DNA of 56,759 nucleotides, the filler included, from Cladosporium halotolerans (taxonomy: Eukaryota), in NCBI RefSeq assembly GCF_011745625.1. It is 2 parts of 2 records of this genome, joined end to end, with 100 filler letters (N's around TTAATTAATTAA, not from the genome) between each part and the next. Parts side by side here need not be neighbours in the genome. Positions count along the whole stretch, not along the records: positions 29,322 to 56,759 come from NW_027191532.1; 1 more part is not named here. One strand, 5' to 3'. Shown piece by piece: positions 35,829 through 47,000 of the stretch (its first letter is position 1; each line of letters opens with the position of its first letter). The notes beneath the pieces are model-generated. The model was not told the DNA's origin. It saw only the letters and a list, made by a program, of their open reading frames with translations, and searched no databases. A program made the position numbers and the translations under genes.

Positions 35829-37014
35829 ATGGCAGCCACAGCGAACGGCGTTGAGCATGGACGCTCGCGCGAGAAATTAGAATCGAGCGGAGATGCTTTC
35901 AAAGACTCTTCCGTCGTTCTGAGAGACTCCGCCGGTACAGTAATTTGGCAAGACAGAGACTCTGAGCCTTTGCCATCCGGAAGGTCCCTCGACGGGCCGA
36001 GGGTCGCGTGTCTATCGTGATTTGCGTTACCGCGGGAATAAGGTAGCTGAGAACGAGTCGGCAGGGGCCTCAAACTTGGCGAAAGCACTCGAAGAGTCCA
36101 AACCTGGGGCTGGAGAGGGACTGCACAAACAGACATGGACCATCAGCCAGGCCTGGCAAAGGTACCGCAGGCTTGAACCAAGATCTTGGCAAATGTATCA
36201 CCAATTTGCTAGACATCTCAGAAATGGAGGAGCTCGGACAGCGCGGGCGACTCTCAAGAGGCCAATTTGTTCGAGCCTTGGCAAAAGTACTAAGCTATAT
36301 AGTATAAAATATTAAGAAACAGTTATCTGTATTAGAATCACAGAGATACTTAGTAGTCCTCGCTTAAGGCTCGTAAAAGGCTCGTAAGTCTACATCTTAG
36401 GAAACTTTAGACTACTGTAGATAGCTTCTAGAGAATGGACCTCTCTAATTATACGATTACCATCTTAGAAGGAAAATAAATATCTAGAAATATTCTTAGA
36501 GCGCCTTCTTTAGTAATTAGAAATTCGCTTTATAGAAGGTAGCTCGAAAACCAGATTATTGTCGGCGGATATAACCAAGGTCGACCACTTCCAGGCATCA
36601 CTCGAATTCCTTGGCAGCGACAACCGTTTCTTGAGGAATTATAGTGCGCCCGCGTCGCCCACACCTCCCCGGCGATCGTTACGGGGCTCGCCCAGGCTGA
36701 AAACTAAATGTAGGTCGCCAGTACGCATCATGGCTTCTTTCGCAGCATCACCTCGAGTATCCAATACCCTCTTCACGCGGCATTCCTTCTTTCTCTTCCA
36801 CAAAATTGCGTCTGAGATTCCGGATCGTCTCACTGCTGACCGTCACTGTTGCTGGGCTTTGCATTCTGGCCCCTTCACGATGCTTCAGCGTAGGCATGTC
36901 TTCCATAGCTCGCTCGCCACAATATCGCGGCAAAGGTTGACCAGGTGGGATTCGACTAGTGTTCTAGAGCCGTGCACAGCTACGCACGGAGCAAGAGCCG
37001 CATCGTCCAGATGA
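35829..37014 (+). pseudogene. Pseudogene of unknown function with a RIP-mutated core (~36280-36560)
   Basis: ORFs 36022-36315 and 36559-37014 share a frame and are separated by six stops, all TAA/TAG, in a TpA-rich, CpA/TpG-poor patch. There is a probable frameshift near 36000. Confidence 0.65.
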
Positions 37015-38355
37015 CGGCTGGGCGTCCGTGACGCTTCCGCAGCGGGTAAGGCCGAAAGCCAAGCGCATCGAAAAGACTGACTGGCTTTCATCACCATATG
37101 ACTTGTATACTTCCCCTCCGCCTTCGGTTTTGCTTCTGCTCGTCCCTCATGGACTTCTCTACTGGAACGCGTCGCATAGCAGCTCATTGCACACACGTCA
37201 CGGTCGCCTGCTAATGTTTGGAAGGGAACCACGATGAGAACCCGGTCGCCAGCTCAAAGCCGTCGCGAGCAGAGACTGGGTTTGCCAGATAAATACTATG
37301 TGCCGTGATACGACAAATGGTCGTGGCGAAGGGCCACCGTGTATTTTCAATAATCCATTTACTCCAGCCCCCAAGTGACATGCGTCGCACAACGCAAAGC
37401 GTTTGATGCCTGCCGTGCACGACAAGCACATCGACTTGCAGTCTACACACTTGCCAAACCGTCGGTATGGTAGCAGAAGCAGCAGTCCAAATGTACTGTA
37501 AGGTTTTGATCTCTGTGCCGCTCACACGTCAGACCTACCATGGTCGAGCTTATGGTATTCATAATCAGCGTCTAAGCAAATGTATCAGCGGGGACGCGCC
37601 GATCAGCGCCGGGCGTGGCTTTGGCTGGGCGTGGCAATGGATGTCGTCTTGGTAAAAGGAGTAGCTTGGAGTCAGGCCATCGCGGAGGGTAGGGTCCAAC
37701 CACGGAGAACGCGGCTTTCGCGGCCTTGGCCGAAGTGACCACCAGACCTCTGTGCGATGCTTGCCGATGACTAGGTTTCAGGATGTAGTACTCTGGCCAA
37801 AGAATCGATTAACACTCGAGCACGAAAGACAGCAAGCATCTGGCAAGGTAAAGTTTGATCCACAAGGTAGCGTCTTGGCCAAAAACACAAGCAATAGTAT
37901 GCTCTTTCACTGCTCTGGGTAGCACGACCTCAGTGATATCTCCAAATGGATATTTTGGTATTGTGTCGGGGTAACAATAACTGGACAGGGTCTTTGCCCA
38001 CCAAAAGTCGCCGGGATAATGGACACTTCAGGCCTGATCGCCAGCTCCGCCGTTGCGAAGGGATATTCGGTGTCTTGATCAGGATTTTGTTCGAGTGTTC
38101 GAGGTCCTCGCATGCATGACAACATGCAAGTTGTACAAGGCATACTGCAATACCACTGCTTTTTCCTGATTGGGCAGACAGGGGTGAAGATCTGCGCGCA
38201 TAGCCAAGGATCAGAACAAGTGCTCGTGATCTCAACTGGGCGCTTGTGCTGGGCGAACAACTGCGAGGATTTCCGCGTACTGCCTCCAGTACCACATATA
38301 ACAGGACTTGTCGCCCCAGCTCCGGCGCTAATCGCACTCCATACACCAGCTCATC

Positions 38356-41300
38356 ATGTTTGGCGAAGTACTTCTATCCGAGATTATCAGAGACAGGGCG
38401 AGTCGCGACCCCAACGCTCCGTTTGCCAAAGTCCCGAGGGGAAACATCTACGACAACGGATACCGTACCGTCACGAATTTGGCTCTCGTCATCGCGGTTG
38501 ATCATGTCGCCGACCTCATCACGTCGTCCCTCGGGGCCGGCCGTGATTTCGAGCGAGTCGCTTATCTGGGTCTCAACGACTTGAGGTACACCATCGTCCT
38601 GCTCGCATGCATCGACACTGGTTACACCGTGTTCTTTCCTAGTCCTCGCAACAGCGAAGAAGCTCACAAGGCCCTGCTAGAGAGCCTTTGCTGCTCAAAG
38701 CTGATCACCACGCGTCCAGGGCCAACCGGGCCGGAGGCTGTGGAGAAGGCTGTAACCACAAAACTCGTTATTCCGACACTTGACGAACTTTTGGACCTCG
38801 CGCCGATATCAGATCGCAGGGAAAACCATCGACGGACTTTTGCTGAAGCCAGAGCAGATCCCATATTCGTCTTGCATACTTCGGGCTCCACCGGCATTCC
38901 GAAGGCTTTGACGTACACTAATGAATTTGTCTCTCGGGTGTATCACGCGCAAAGCCTCATTCCGACCGAAGGCTTCGAAAGCGTGAATGAAAAGTATCAG
39001 CAAGGTACCTGCCTCGTCACGCTGCCGCCATTTCACATTGCCGGTCTAGCCTTCACGGTCCTCTTTCCTGCGTATTACGGTAGCATCCCGATATACCCGA
39101 TCGCCGGCCCGCCGCCTGGTCTGGAGGTGTTTCTAGGGGCTTTAAGCGCCACGCGGGCCGATTGGGCCTTTGTCTCGCCCGTACTTGTCAATCAGATCGG
39201 TAGGGCTCCAGACGTCCTAAGCAAGGTGGCGAGCAAATTGGACCGCCTCTTCTACACAGGGGGCTCGGTCCCTAGTGACTCGGGAACGGCGGTCGCGCGA
39301 AAAATGGGGTTGAACCAAGTCCTCGGCAGCAGCGAGTGCGCCGCTTTTCCACTTCAGCAAGCAAAGGGTCGAACGCACGAAGAGAGCTGGCAGTACGTTC
39401 ACGTCCATCCTGCGGCCAATGTGGAATTTCGCCACGACCACGGAGACTGTTACGAGATGGTGCAAGTGCGGAGGCTTGACGAAGACGCCGGAGGGGCAGG
39501 ACAGAGATATCAGCCCGTCTTCTGCCACTTCGACGGCGTTGATTCCTACCACACGAAAGACATTTTCGTAAAGCACGCCTTTCTGCGGGACACCTTCACT
39601 CACGTGGGCAGGACCGACGACGTCATCGTCTTTCTCAATGGAGAAAAACCCAACCCGACAAGCTTCGAAAGCCAGATGACTGAGCACCCGGGGGTGCAGG
39701 CTGCCCTCGTCGTCGGACAACAGCGCCAAGAAGCAGCTCTGCTCGTAGAGCCGACGAATCCCCAGCCGCTCTCTTTAAGCGCAAGAGAAAAATTGATTGA
39801 CAGCATCTGGCCGACGGTAGAGAAGTGCAACGAGCGTTGTCCACGACACGCGAAAGTTTCCAGGACCAGGATACTCATCGCGCCTCCGGCCATGCCATTC
39901 GTGAGGGCTGGAAAAGGCACTGTACAGCGTCACGGCACATTGGCCATGTTTCAGAAAGCCATCGACGGCTTGTACGAAGAAGGCGAGGCTGCGGTAGTCG
40001 GCAGGCGTCATTCCACGTGCAGTGCTCCCATTGTGGGACTGGCAGTTGAGGACGCTGCTGCGGCGGTGAGGCGGGCTTTGGCCGATGTACAGTATGAGGT
40101 CCCATCACCCTCATTGAACTTCTTTCTGAACGGCATGGACTCTTTGCAAGCAATACAATTCGGGCGAGCATTGAGATCGGAGTTGCCTCGTGTGTCAGTG
40201 GAGGCGCGCACAATCTACGCCAACCCCACAGTCGACTCTCTAGCGTTTGCACTCTCGCGAGCCACATTGGAAGAAGGCCCTTCCATCCCCGGGGTGAAAG
40301 AGATGGAGGAGATCTTGCAACTCTACCAGATGAAGGTCGAAGCGCTTTTTGAGCCCAGTGGCCTGATGTTAAAGTCGGCAGAAGAAGTGTATGAAAGCAG
40401 CCCGAAGCTGGAGTCGGAAGGAGCAATCCTTCTGACAGGTTCGACTGGAGCGCTGGGTTCGCATCTGCTCAACACCCTTCTGGAGCGGGGGACACAAATG
40501 GTGTACTGCCTAAACCGATCAAAGGATTCAAGGAGCGCTCAGATCGAGAGCAGCAGGAAGAGAGGCTTACCGCTTGCCTTTTCTGAGAACCGTGTGAAGT
40601 TCTTTACGGCAGATCTTGCCCTACCACAACTTGGACTGCAGAATTCTGAATTCGCAGAGCTTCAACGATCTGTGACGCGCATCATCCACAATGCTTGGTC
40701 TGTGGATTTCAACAAGTCCTTGCAATCGTTCGTCGGCTGCCTTGATGGCGTCGTCGGACTCGTCGGCTTCGCGGCTTGTAGCCCTCGTCCTGTGACTGTC
40801 CAGTTCGTGTCTTCAATCGCATCTGCCGCAGGGACCAGTCAAGGTCAGATCATACCCGAAGCAGTTCTGAACAGCAGCACACACGGACCGGCGTCGACTG
40901 GGTACGGACAGTCAAAGAATGTGGCTGAAAAGGTGTTGGCGCACGCCTCGAAAGTCCTCGGAATTAGGACGATGTCAGTGCGGGTCGGCCAAATCTCTGG
41001 GGACGCTCTGCGGAAAAGAGGCTGGAATCGTCAGGAATGGTTTCCAAGTCTGGTCGTTAGCTCTCTCCACCTCGGCGCGTTGCCGGACAGTCTTGGATGT
41101 GCCGAAGATGGAAACGAGGTTAGATGGATACCGGTGGACGCTGCAGCCAGGATTCTGCAGGATACGTCGAGGAAAACCGTGGCCACCGGCGGCAATGAAA
41201 CCTTGAACGTTGTGCACCCGAAGCCGACGTCGTGGACAGAGCTTCTCCCAGCGGTCCGAAGTGTACTCGACAAAGAAGCAAGCAGACAAGGCAGCAAGCC

Positions 41301-41568
41301 AGTCGAGACTGTCGCCTACCGCGAATGGTATAAGAAATTGAAAGGTGCTTCTGAAACGGAGCCGCTCGATGAAAAAACAATGTCTGCAAATCCTGCCGCA
41401 AAGCTCCTTTCTTTCTTCGAAAGCTTGCTTTCAGAGGAGGATCTATTCGGTGCATTTGCGACTGATCGAGCAATGGCTGCCAGCGAGTCTATGCGGGCGC
41501 TGGAGCCTCTACGAAGTGACTGCCTGCATGCTTGGGCTAATAGATGGGTTCAAGGTACAGATTTCTAA
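38356..41568 (+). CDS. NRPS-like carboxylic acid reductase (A-T-R), 1070 aa
   Basis: A domain LHTSGSTGIPK, LPPFHIAG, GRTDD, GKGTVQR; T domain FFLNGMDSLQ; R domain LLTGSTGALGS, HNAW, GYGQSK. Confidence 0.95.
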   Translation: MFGEVLLSEIIRDRASRDPNAPFAKVPRGNIYDNGYRTVTNLALVIAVDHVADLITSSLGAGRDFERVAYLGLNDLRYTIVLLACIDTGYTVFFPSPRNSEEAHKALLESLCCSKLITTRPGPTGPEAVEKAVTTKLVIPTLDELLDLAPISDRRENHRRTFAEARADPIFVLHTSGSTGIPKALTYTNEFVSRVYHAQSLIPTEGFESVNEKYQQGTCLVTLPPFHIAGLAFTVLFPAYYGSIPIYPIAGPPPGLEVFLGALSATRADWAFVSPVLVNQIGRAPDVLSKVASKLDRLFYTGGSVPSDSGTAVARKMGLNQVLGSSECAAFPLQQAKGRTHEESWQYVHVHPAANVEFRHDHGDCYEMVQVRRLDEDAGGAGQRYQPVFCHFDGVDSYHTKDIFVKHAFLRDTFTHVGRTDDVIVFLNGEKPNPTSFESQMTEHPGVQAALVVGQQRQEAALLVEPTNPQPLSLSAREKLIDSIWPTVEKCNERCPRHAKVSRTRILIAPPAMPFVRAGKGTVQRHGTLAMFQKAIDGLYEEGEAAVVGRRHSTCSAPIVGLAVEDAAAAVRRALADVQYEVPSPSLNFFLNGMDSLQAIQFGRALRSELPRVSVEARTIYANPTVDSLAFALSRATLEEGPSIPGVKEMEEILQLYQMKVEALFEPSGLMLKSAEEVYESSPKLESEGAILLTGSTGALGSHLLNTLLERGTQMVYCLNRSKDSRSAQIESSRKRGLPLAFSENRVKFFTADLALPQLGLQNSEFAELQRSVTRIIHNAWSVDFNKSLQSFVGCLDGVVGLVGFAACSPRPVTVQFVSSIASAAGTSQGQIIPEAVLNSSTHGPASTGYGQSKNVAEKVLAHASKVLGIRTMSVRVGQISGDALRKRGWNRQEWFPSLVVSSLHLGALPDSLGCAEDGNEVRWIPVDAAARILQDTSRKTVATGGNETLNVVHPKPTSWTELLPAVRSVLDKEASRQGSKPVETVAYREWYKKLKGASETEPLDEKTMSANPAAKLLSFFESLLSEEDLFGAFATDRAMAASESMRALEPLRSDCLHAWANRWVQGTDF

Positions 41569-41935
41569 GGAATACCGGTGTCACCTTTGAAGGGAAACAC
41601 TCCCTTCGCCCGATTGGGAGCTGTGTGGAGATTGTGATTGAATGCGCGAGTTGCTCTTTCAGAAGTTTCATTGCTTATTGTGGCGCCAGACTGGGAGCTC
41701 AATGCTGATAAGGTAATCTAAGCCGTTGCAGGTGCGATGGTGAGGCACCGGTCGGGGACGGCCGTCCAGCGACGAAGTTGATCGGAAATGCCCGCATGTC
41801 TGGGCAGTGATTCGCTCTTCACATCACTATTATTGACAAGCCCGGCGCTCCCTTGCTTTCTAATCCGTGATGGTCAAGAGTTAGATTCCGGCGAGTTGGA
41901 AGATGGGACGTTCTGGTACTGCATGTGACTTTGCT

Positions 41936-42771
41936 CTAGCTAAATATGACGTCGGAATAAACAGGACGCCAGGCGAAAGACCTGGACATGATCATGTTGT
42001 CCACCTTTCGGGCTACGAGGCCCCAGTCATGACCCTTCGGAACTTCGTGCCCGACGCTTGAAGTGAGTACCGTCGCGTTTTCTGGCCTGCAAAGCTTGAC
42101 CAGGTCGTACGAATGCTCGACGAAAACATCTTGCAGGCCGATAACGTGCAGCGTGGGCACAGCGATCAGCCGCGGTACGGCATCTGAGCACAGCGCGTAC
42201 ACACAGTCCAAGGCAGGACTTCCATGATCGATATTGCCCTCTTCGAAACTTCTCCTGGAATCTCTTTCCTCGATCTCAAACATCCTTCCCAGCTCCTTTG
42301 ATGGCGAGAGGACATTGACAGCATTGAAGAACACGGCGAACCCAAACATGGGCTCGACAAGCGGTCCCACGCCAGCAGCATTCTCGAGGAGGAGAGCCGC
42401 AGCGAGTGCAGCGCCTTCGGAAAACCCGATGACCCCATTGTAGGGCCCGTTCTGAGCGATCGCCGCTTTGACGTAATCGTGTACTTTAGAAACCTCGGCG
42501 GGCGCCCACTGTCGATGCCAGACAAAGTATGGCGGCTCGAAGAAATTCTTGATCCCAGGAGCCGGAGCGCCTTCGAACGGAGCATCGATGAAATCAAATA
42601 GCACCTCGGACGGGAGGCGTGACTTGAGGGGGGCTAAAGACTAAAAGTCAGCTTCACCTTCTCGCATGCCGTGGACGGAGATCCGGCGGTCGTACCCAGT
42701 TGGCTTTCGAATATGTCAGAGCTGGTTCCCCTGCCATGGAGGCAAAGCAGTCGCACAGGCCCCAGTGTCAT
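41936..42771 (-). CDS. FSH1/LovG-type serine hydrolase, 257 aa; exons 42696-42771, 41936-42633
   Basis: RLLCLHGRGTSSDIFESQL, GPYNGVIGFSEGA (nucleophile), PTLHVIGLQD (Asp), GHEVP (His). Confidence 0.92.
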
Positions 42772-44019
42772 GATCAAGGCTCACTTTAGTGAAGCCTTGG
42801 GTCTATGAACTCAAACTCACATTGTGCCCTGCCACGGAGCTGTCGGGAATATATACCCACCTGGTAACTTGTCGCGAGGGCGGAGGAGGATCCGTCGGTC
42901 ATGATCGACACGGTTCACCCTGTCTTCCTGCAGTACTCTACAGCCGCCTGGAGTGAACTGTGATGCGGCTGCCCACATGATTTCCACCCAGGAACTGCAG
43001 ATGTAACATATCGACTTCCAAATCTTTGCACAGCGCCACTTTAAAGCGCCCCTCCTGGTCGCTCCGGATGATCAAAAGGAACACCACGGCTAGGGCGCAG
43101 CGTCGCGCAGACGATCCCGAACTTTGATTACAAAAGTCTTGACAAATACTGGCTGGCGAAATGATCCCAGTGCGCGATTGTAGCATTCGAAGAGAGGGAG
43201 GACCTGAGATCCTCAAGCCGTTATTGGGCCCATGATTGTGTTGCTCTCTGCACCAACATCTTGGCAGAGCACCTTGGCCTGAGGTAAAGGACTGGTCCGG
43301 TGAAGCACTTTAGACCTGCCACCATTCCACCGGCTCAAATACATTATTACCATGGCCCTAGTACGTTCGTGCAGTATAGTCGTGCGGTACCTGACATAGA
43401 CATCGAAATGTGTTCTTGACAAAAAGCGGAAGGCACCCATTTGTGTGTCCAGCCCGTCGGAGTTCAACTGCCCATCCGTACATACAGGATGAAGCTCTCT
43501 CTACAAGTCGAGGATTGCATCATCAGGGTGCCATCGGATGGATCGTATATCGAGTGCCCGGGCTCGCTAAATGCAACTTGTGGTGTGAAAAGCCCTCAAA
43601 GCAAGACTCGACACAAGGAGCTTCGATCAAAGCAGCAATTGCGCCGGCGTCGTTGAGCTCATACCAAGAAAAGGGTCGAATACAGGAATATGGTGACATC
43701 GACCGATGGCTGCTGCTACGTGTCACAAACCACGAATCCTGGTAGAACTGAAGGCGATCGCCTCGCGCGGGTTCTCCACAGCTCCTTTTGCTCGTCTTTT
43801 GCCTGCAATTTCTGGGACTTTGATGCTCAACGGACCTAGGGCTTGGCGCCTCAGATTTGCAAATCACGGGCTACAAATACGCGTCGCAGTTATCGCTTGA
43901 ACGCTTTTTGTCAGTCCATGCACAGCGGGATATTCTCGTGTCTGTCTGTAATCAGTTTCTTGCCCGCTTCACATCGTATCTCGTGGCCCGCCTGCTTTCC
44001 AGACGGTGCAATCTATATC

Positions 44020-47000
44020 ATGGCCAAAGTCTCAGGCCCCACCAGGTGTTCGGACGGCATTGCTGTGATAGGCCTTGCTTATCGGTTTCCTGGCGGCGCA
44101 GACAGCGATACAAAGCTGTGGGACCTTCTCGCAGGACGCAAGTGTTCGTACATCACTTGATGCGTGGTGCAGATTCTCGCAAAACTTGTTACTGACAGCA
44201 GCGAACATTCAGCCGCGCATTCCAAAATTCCAGACACGCGCTACAATGTCGACGCATTCCATCGGCTGGGGGCCACACATCCAGACAACGTAGCCGCTGA
44301 CGGAGCGCATCTACTGGAGCAGGACGTCTCCGCTTTCGACGCGCCATTCTTCGGCATTACGACTGAAGAAGCCAAAGCGATCGATCCTCAGGCGAGAATG
44401 CTCCTGGAATGCTCCTACGAGGCTTTGGAGAATGCGGGACTCAAGGTTGAGTCTATCTCTGGAAGCGACACGGGCTGCTACGTCGGTTCCTTCGATCTGG
44501 ACTACCATCAGATGCTGATGGGCGACTTTGAAAACGCGCCGAGGTACTCGGGAACAGGCACCGCGTTCTCATTGCTCTCAAATCGTCTGTCCTGGTTCTA
44601 CAACCTGAAGGGACCGAGTCTGTCTTTGGACACAGCTTGCTCATCTTCCCTTGTCGGTTTGCACCTCGCGTGCCAAAGCCTTTCGACTGGCGAGTCAAGC
44701 ATGGCCATGGTGTGCGGCGCGAAACTCTTGTTGGCTCCGCATCTAAGCCTGTGGCTCTCGGGGCTCAGCATGCTGTCATCAGACGGCAAATCGCGCTCGT
44801 TCGCGGAAGACGCGACAGGTTACGGCCGCGGCGAAGGCATTGTCACAATCATCCTTAAGCCTTTGGCGGACGCTTTGCGAGACAACGACCCGATTCGTGC
44901 CGTCATCAAAGGCACGGGGGTCAATCAAGACGGTATGCTGCAGATCCATTCGCTGCCGTGGGAATATTTGCACCTGCGTATCTAAAGCTCACCATCCCCA
45001 AAAACAGGCCGCACGAAAGGCATTACGGTGCCAAACCCTGAGGCCCAGTCGGATCTGATCCGATCAACTTACCTCGCTGCGGAGCTGAGCTTCGCAGACA
45101 CCGGCTACTTCGAAGCACACGTAAGTCACACTATAGTTCGTGTGTCACTGGGATGACCAGTCTCACGCAGAGAACAGGGTACGGGGACTGCGGTGGGGGA
45201 CCCTCTCGAACTTGCCGCTATTGCGCAAGTGATAGTCGAATCAAAGCGTCCGATCCCACTCTACGTGGGTTCCATCAAGTCCAATGTGAGCTGGAGATTT
45301 GCCCATTCTTATATGTACGGAGAAGACACTGATCGAAAACGCAGATTGGACATATTGAAGGTGCCGCTGGACTTGCGGGCTTGGTCAAGTGTATCTTGAT
45401 GCTTGAGAAGGGTGTCATCCTGCCGAACATCCATTTCGACAGGCCGAATAAAAGGATTCCGTTCAAGCAGTACAAAATCAAGGTACCGACTGACGTTTTG
45501 CCGTGGCCGAAGGATCTCAATCGCCGCGCCAGCATCAACTCGTTCGGTTTTGGTGGGACCAATGCTCACGTCATCGTTGACTCGTTCCCACCACCATCTG
45601 AAGCGAGTCTTGACCATACAACGCAGGCTTGTGTGGAAGAACTCGGAGTCGTGACTCCGAGCCACCCGCGGCTCTTCGTCTTTAGCGGACACGAGCCCGC
45701 TGCAATCGAGAGGCTGCGGCTGCGATATGTGGAGTACATCCTCCAAGCGAAGCATGGCGTTAGTGCTGACCGCACGCTCGATGACCTGTCCTACACACTT
45801 TCATGTCGTCGATCCAGGATGGACTGGGCCCTGTCCCACGTCGCGTCGGACTTCGAAGAGCTTGGAATGAAGCTGTCAGAAAATACGCCGGCAGTGAAGC
45901 GGGCGGCCATAAGCCCGAGGGTCGGTTTCGTCTTTACAGGACAGGGTGCACAGTGGCCCGGCATGGGTGTCGGGCTCATGCGATACAGCGTCTTCCAGGA
46001 AAGCGTTCAAGCGGCAGACAGATTCTTGTCAGGACAATGCCACTGCGGCTGGAGTGTGATCGAAGAACTGGAAAAGGCCAAGGACCAATCCCGTATTGCG
46101 TCCTCAGAACTCGCCCAGCCGATCTGCACCATCATACAAGTTGCCATGGTCGACTTGCTCCGTGCTTGGAACATCCGACCTACCGCGGTGGCTGGGCACT
46201 CCAGCGGAGAAATCGCGGCTGGGTACTGCACCGGCGCGGTCACAAGGCAGTCCGCGTGGGAGGTTGCATTCTACCGAGGGCGCGAGTGCGCTCGATTGAA
46301 GGAGCTTGCCCCCGACGTCCAAGGTGCCATGTTAGCGGTGGGACTGGGCGTGGAGGACGTGCGACCGTACTTGGACACCCTGGCTCCAGATCAAGTCAAC
46401 ATTGCGTGCATCAACTCTCCATGCTCAACGACTCTGTCCGGAGACGCTGCCCAGATCCGAGAGCTCCTCACCAAGCTGACCGCGAACGGAGTGTCTGCGC
46501 GGGAGTTGAGGGTGGAGAACGCCTACCATTCGCATCACATGAAGTTGGTGGCGCGCGGCTACCTGAGTTCGATCGCTCACGTTACCGTCCAAACCAAAGC
46601 TGTACGGTCCGACGTGGCACTGCTGTCCAGCGTCACGGGGAGTCCGGCGAGCCCGTTCGATTTGACACCAGAGTATTGGGTGCGGAATCTCGTGTCCCCG
46701 GTGCTGTTCTCCGACGCAGTTTCCGCGATGCTGAAAGGCGCCAACAAAACGTTCCGTCGCCAGCGGGGTACAACCCAGCCCGCCGTGGATGTCCTGTTCG
46801 AGATTGGGCCGCACACGGCACTGCGCGGACCTCTCATAGACATCCTGCACTCCGAGGCGATCGAGAGCGTCGCGTATGTGCCGATGTTGATTCGTGGCCG
46901 CGACGCGCCCGATAGCGCGATGGCCGCCGCCGGAGAGCTGTGGTCGCGTGGATGTGCGGTTGACGTCACCGCTGTCAACAACCACCTACAGCAGCCCCGC

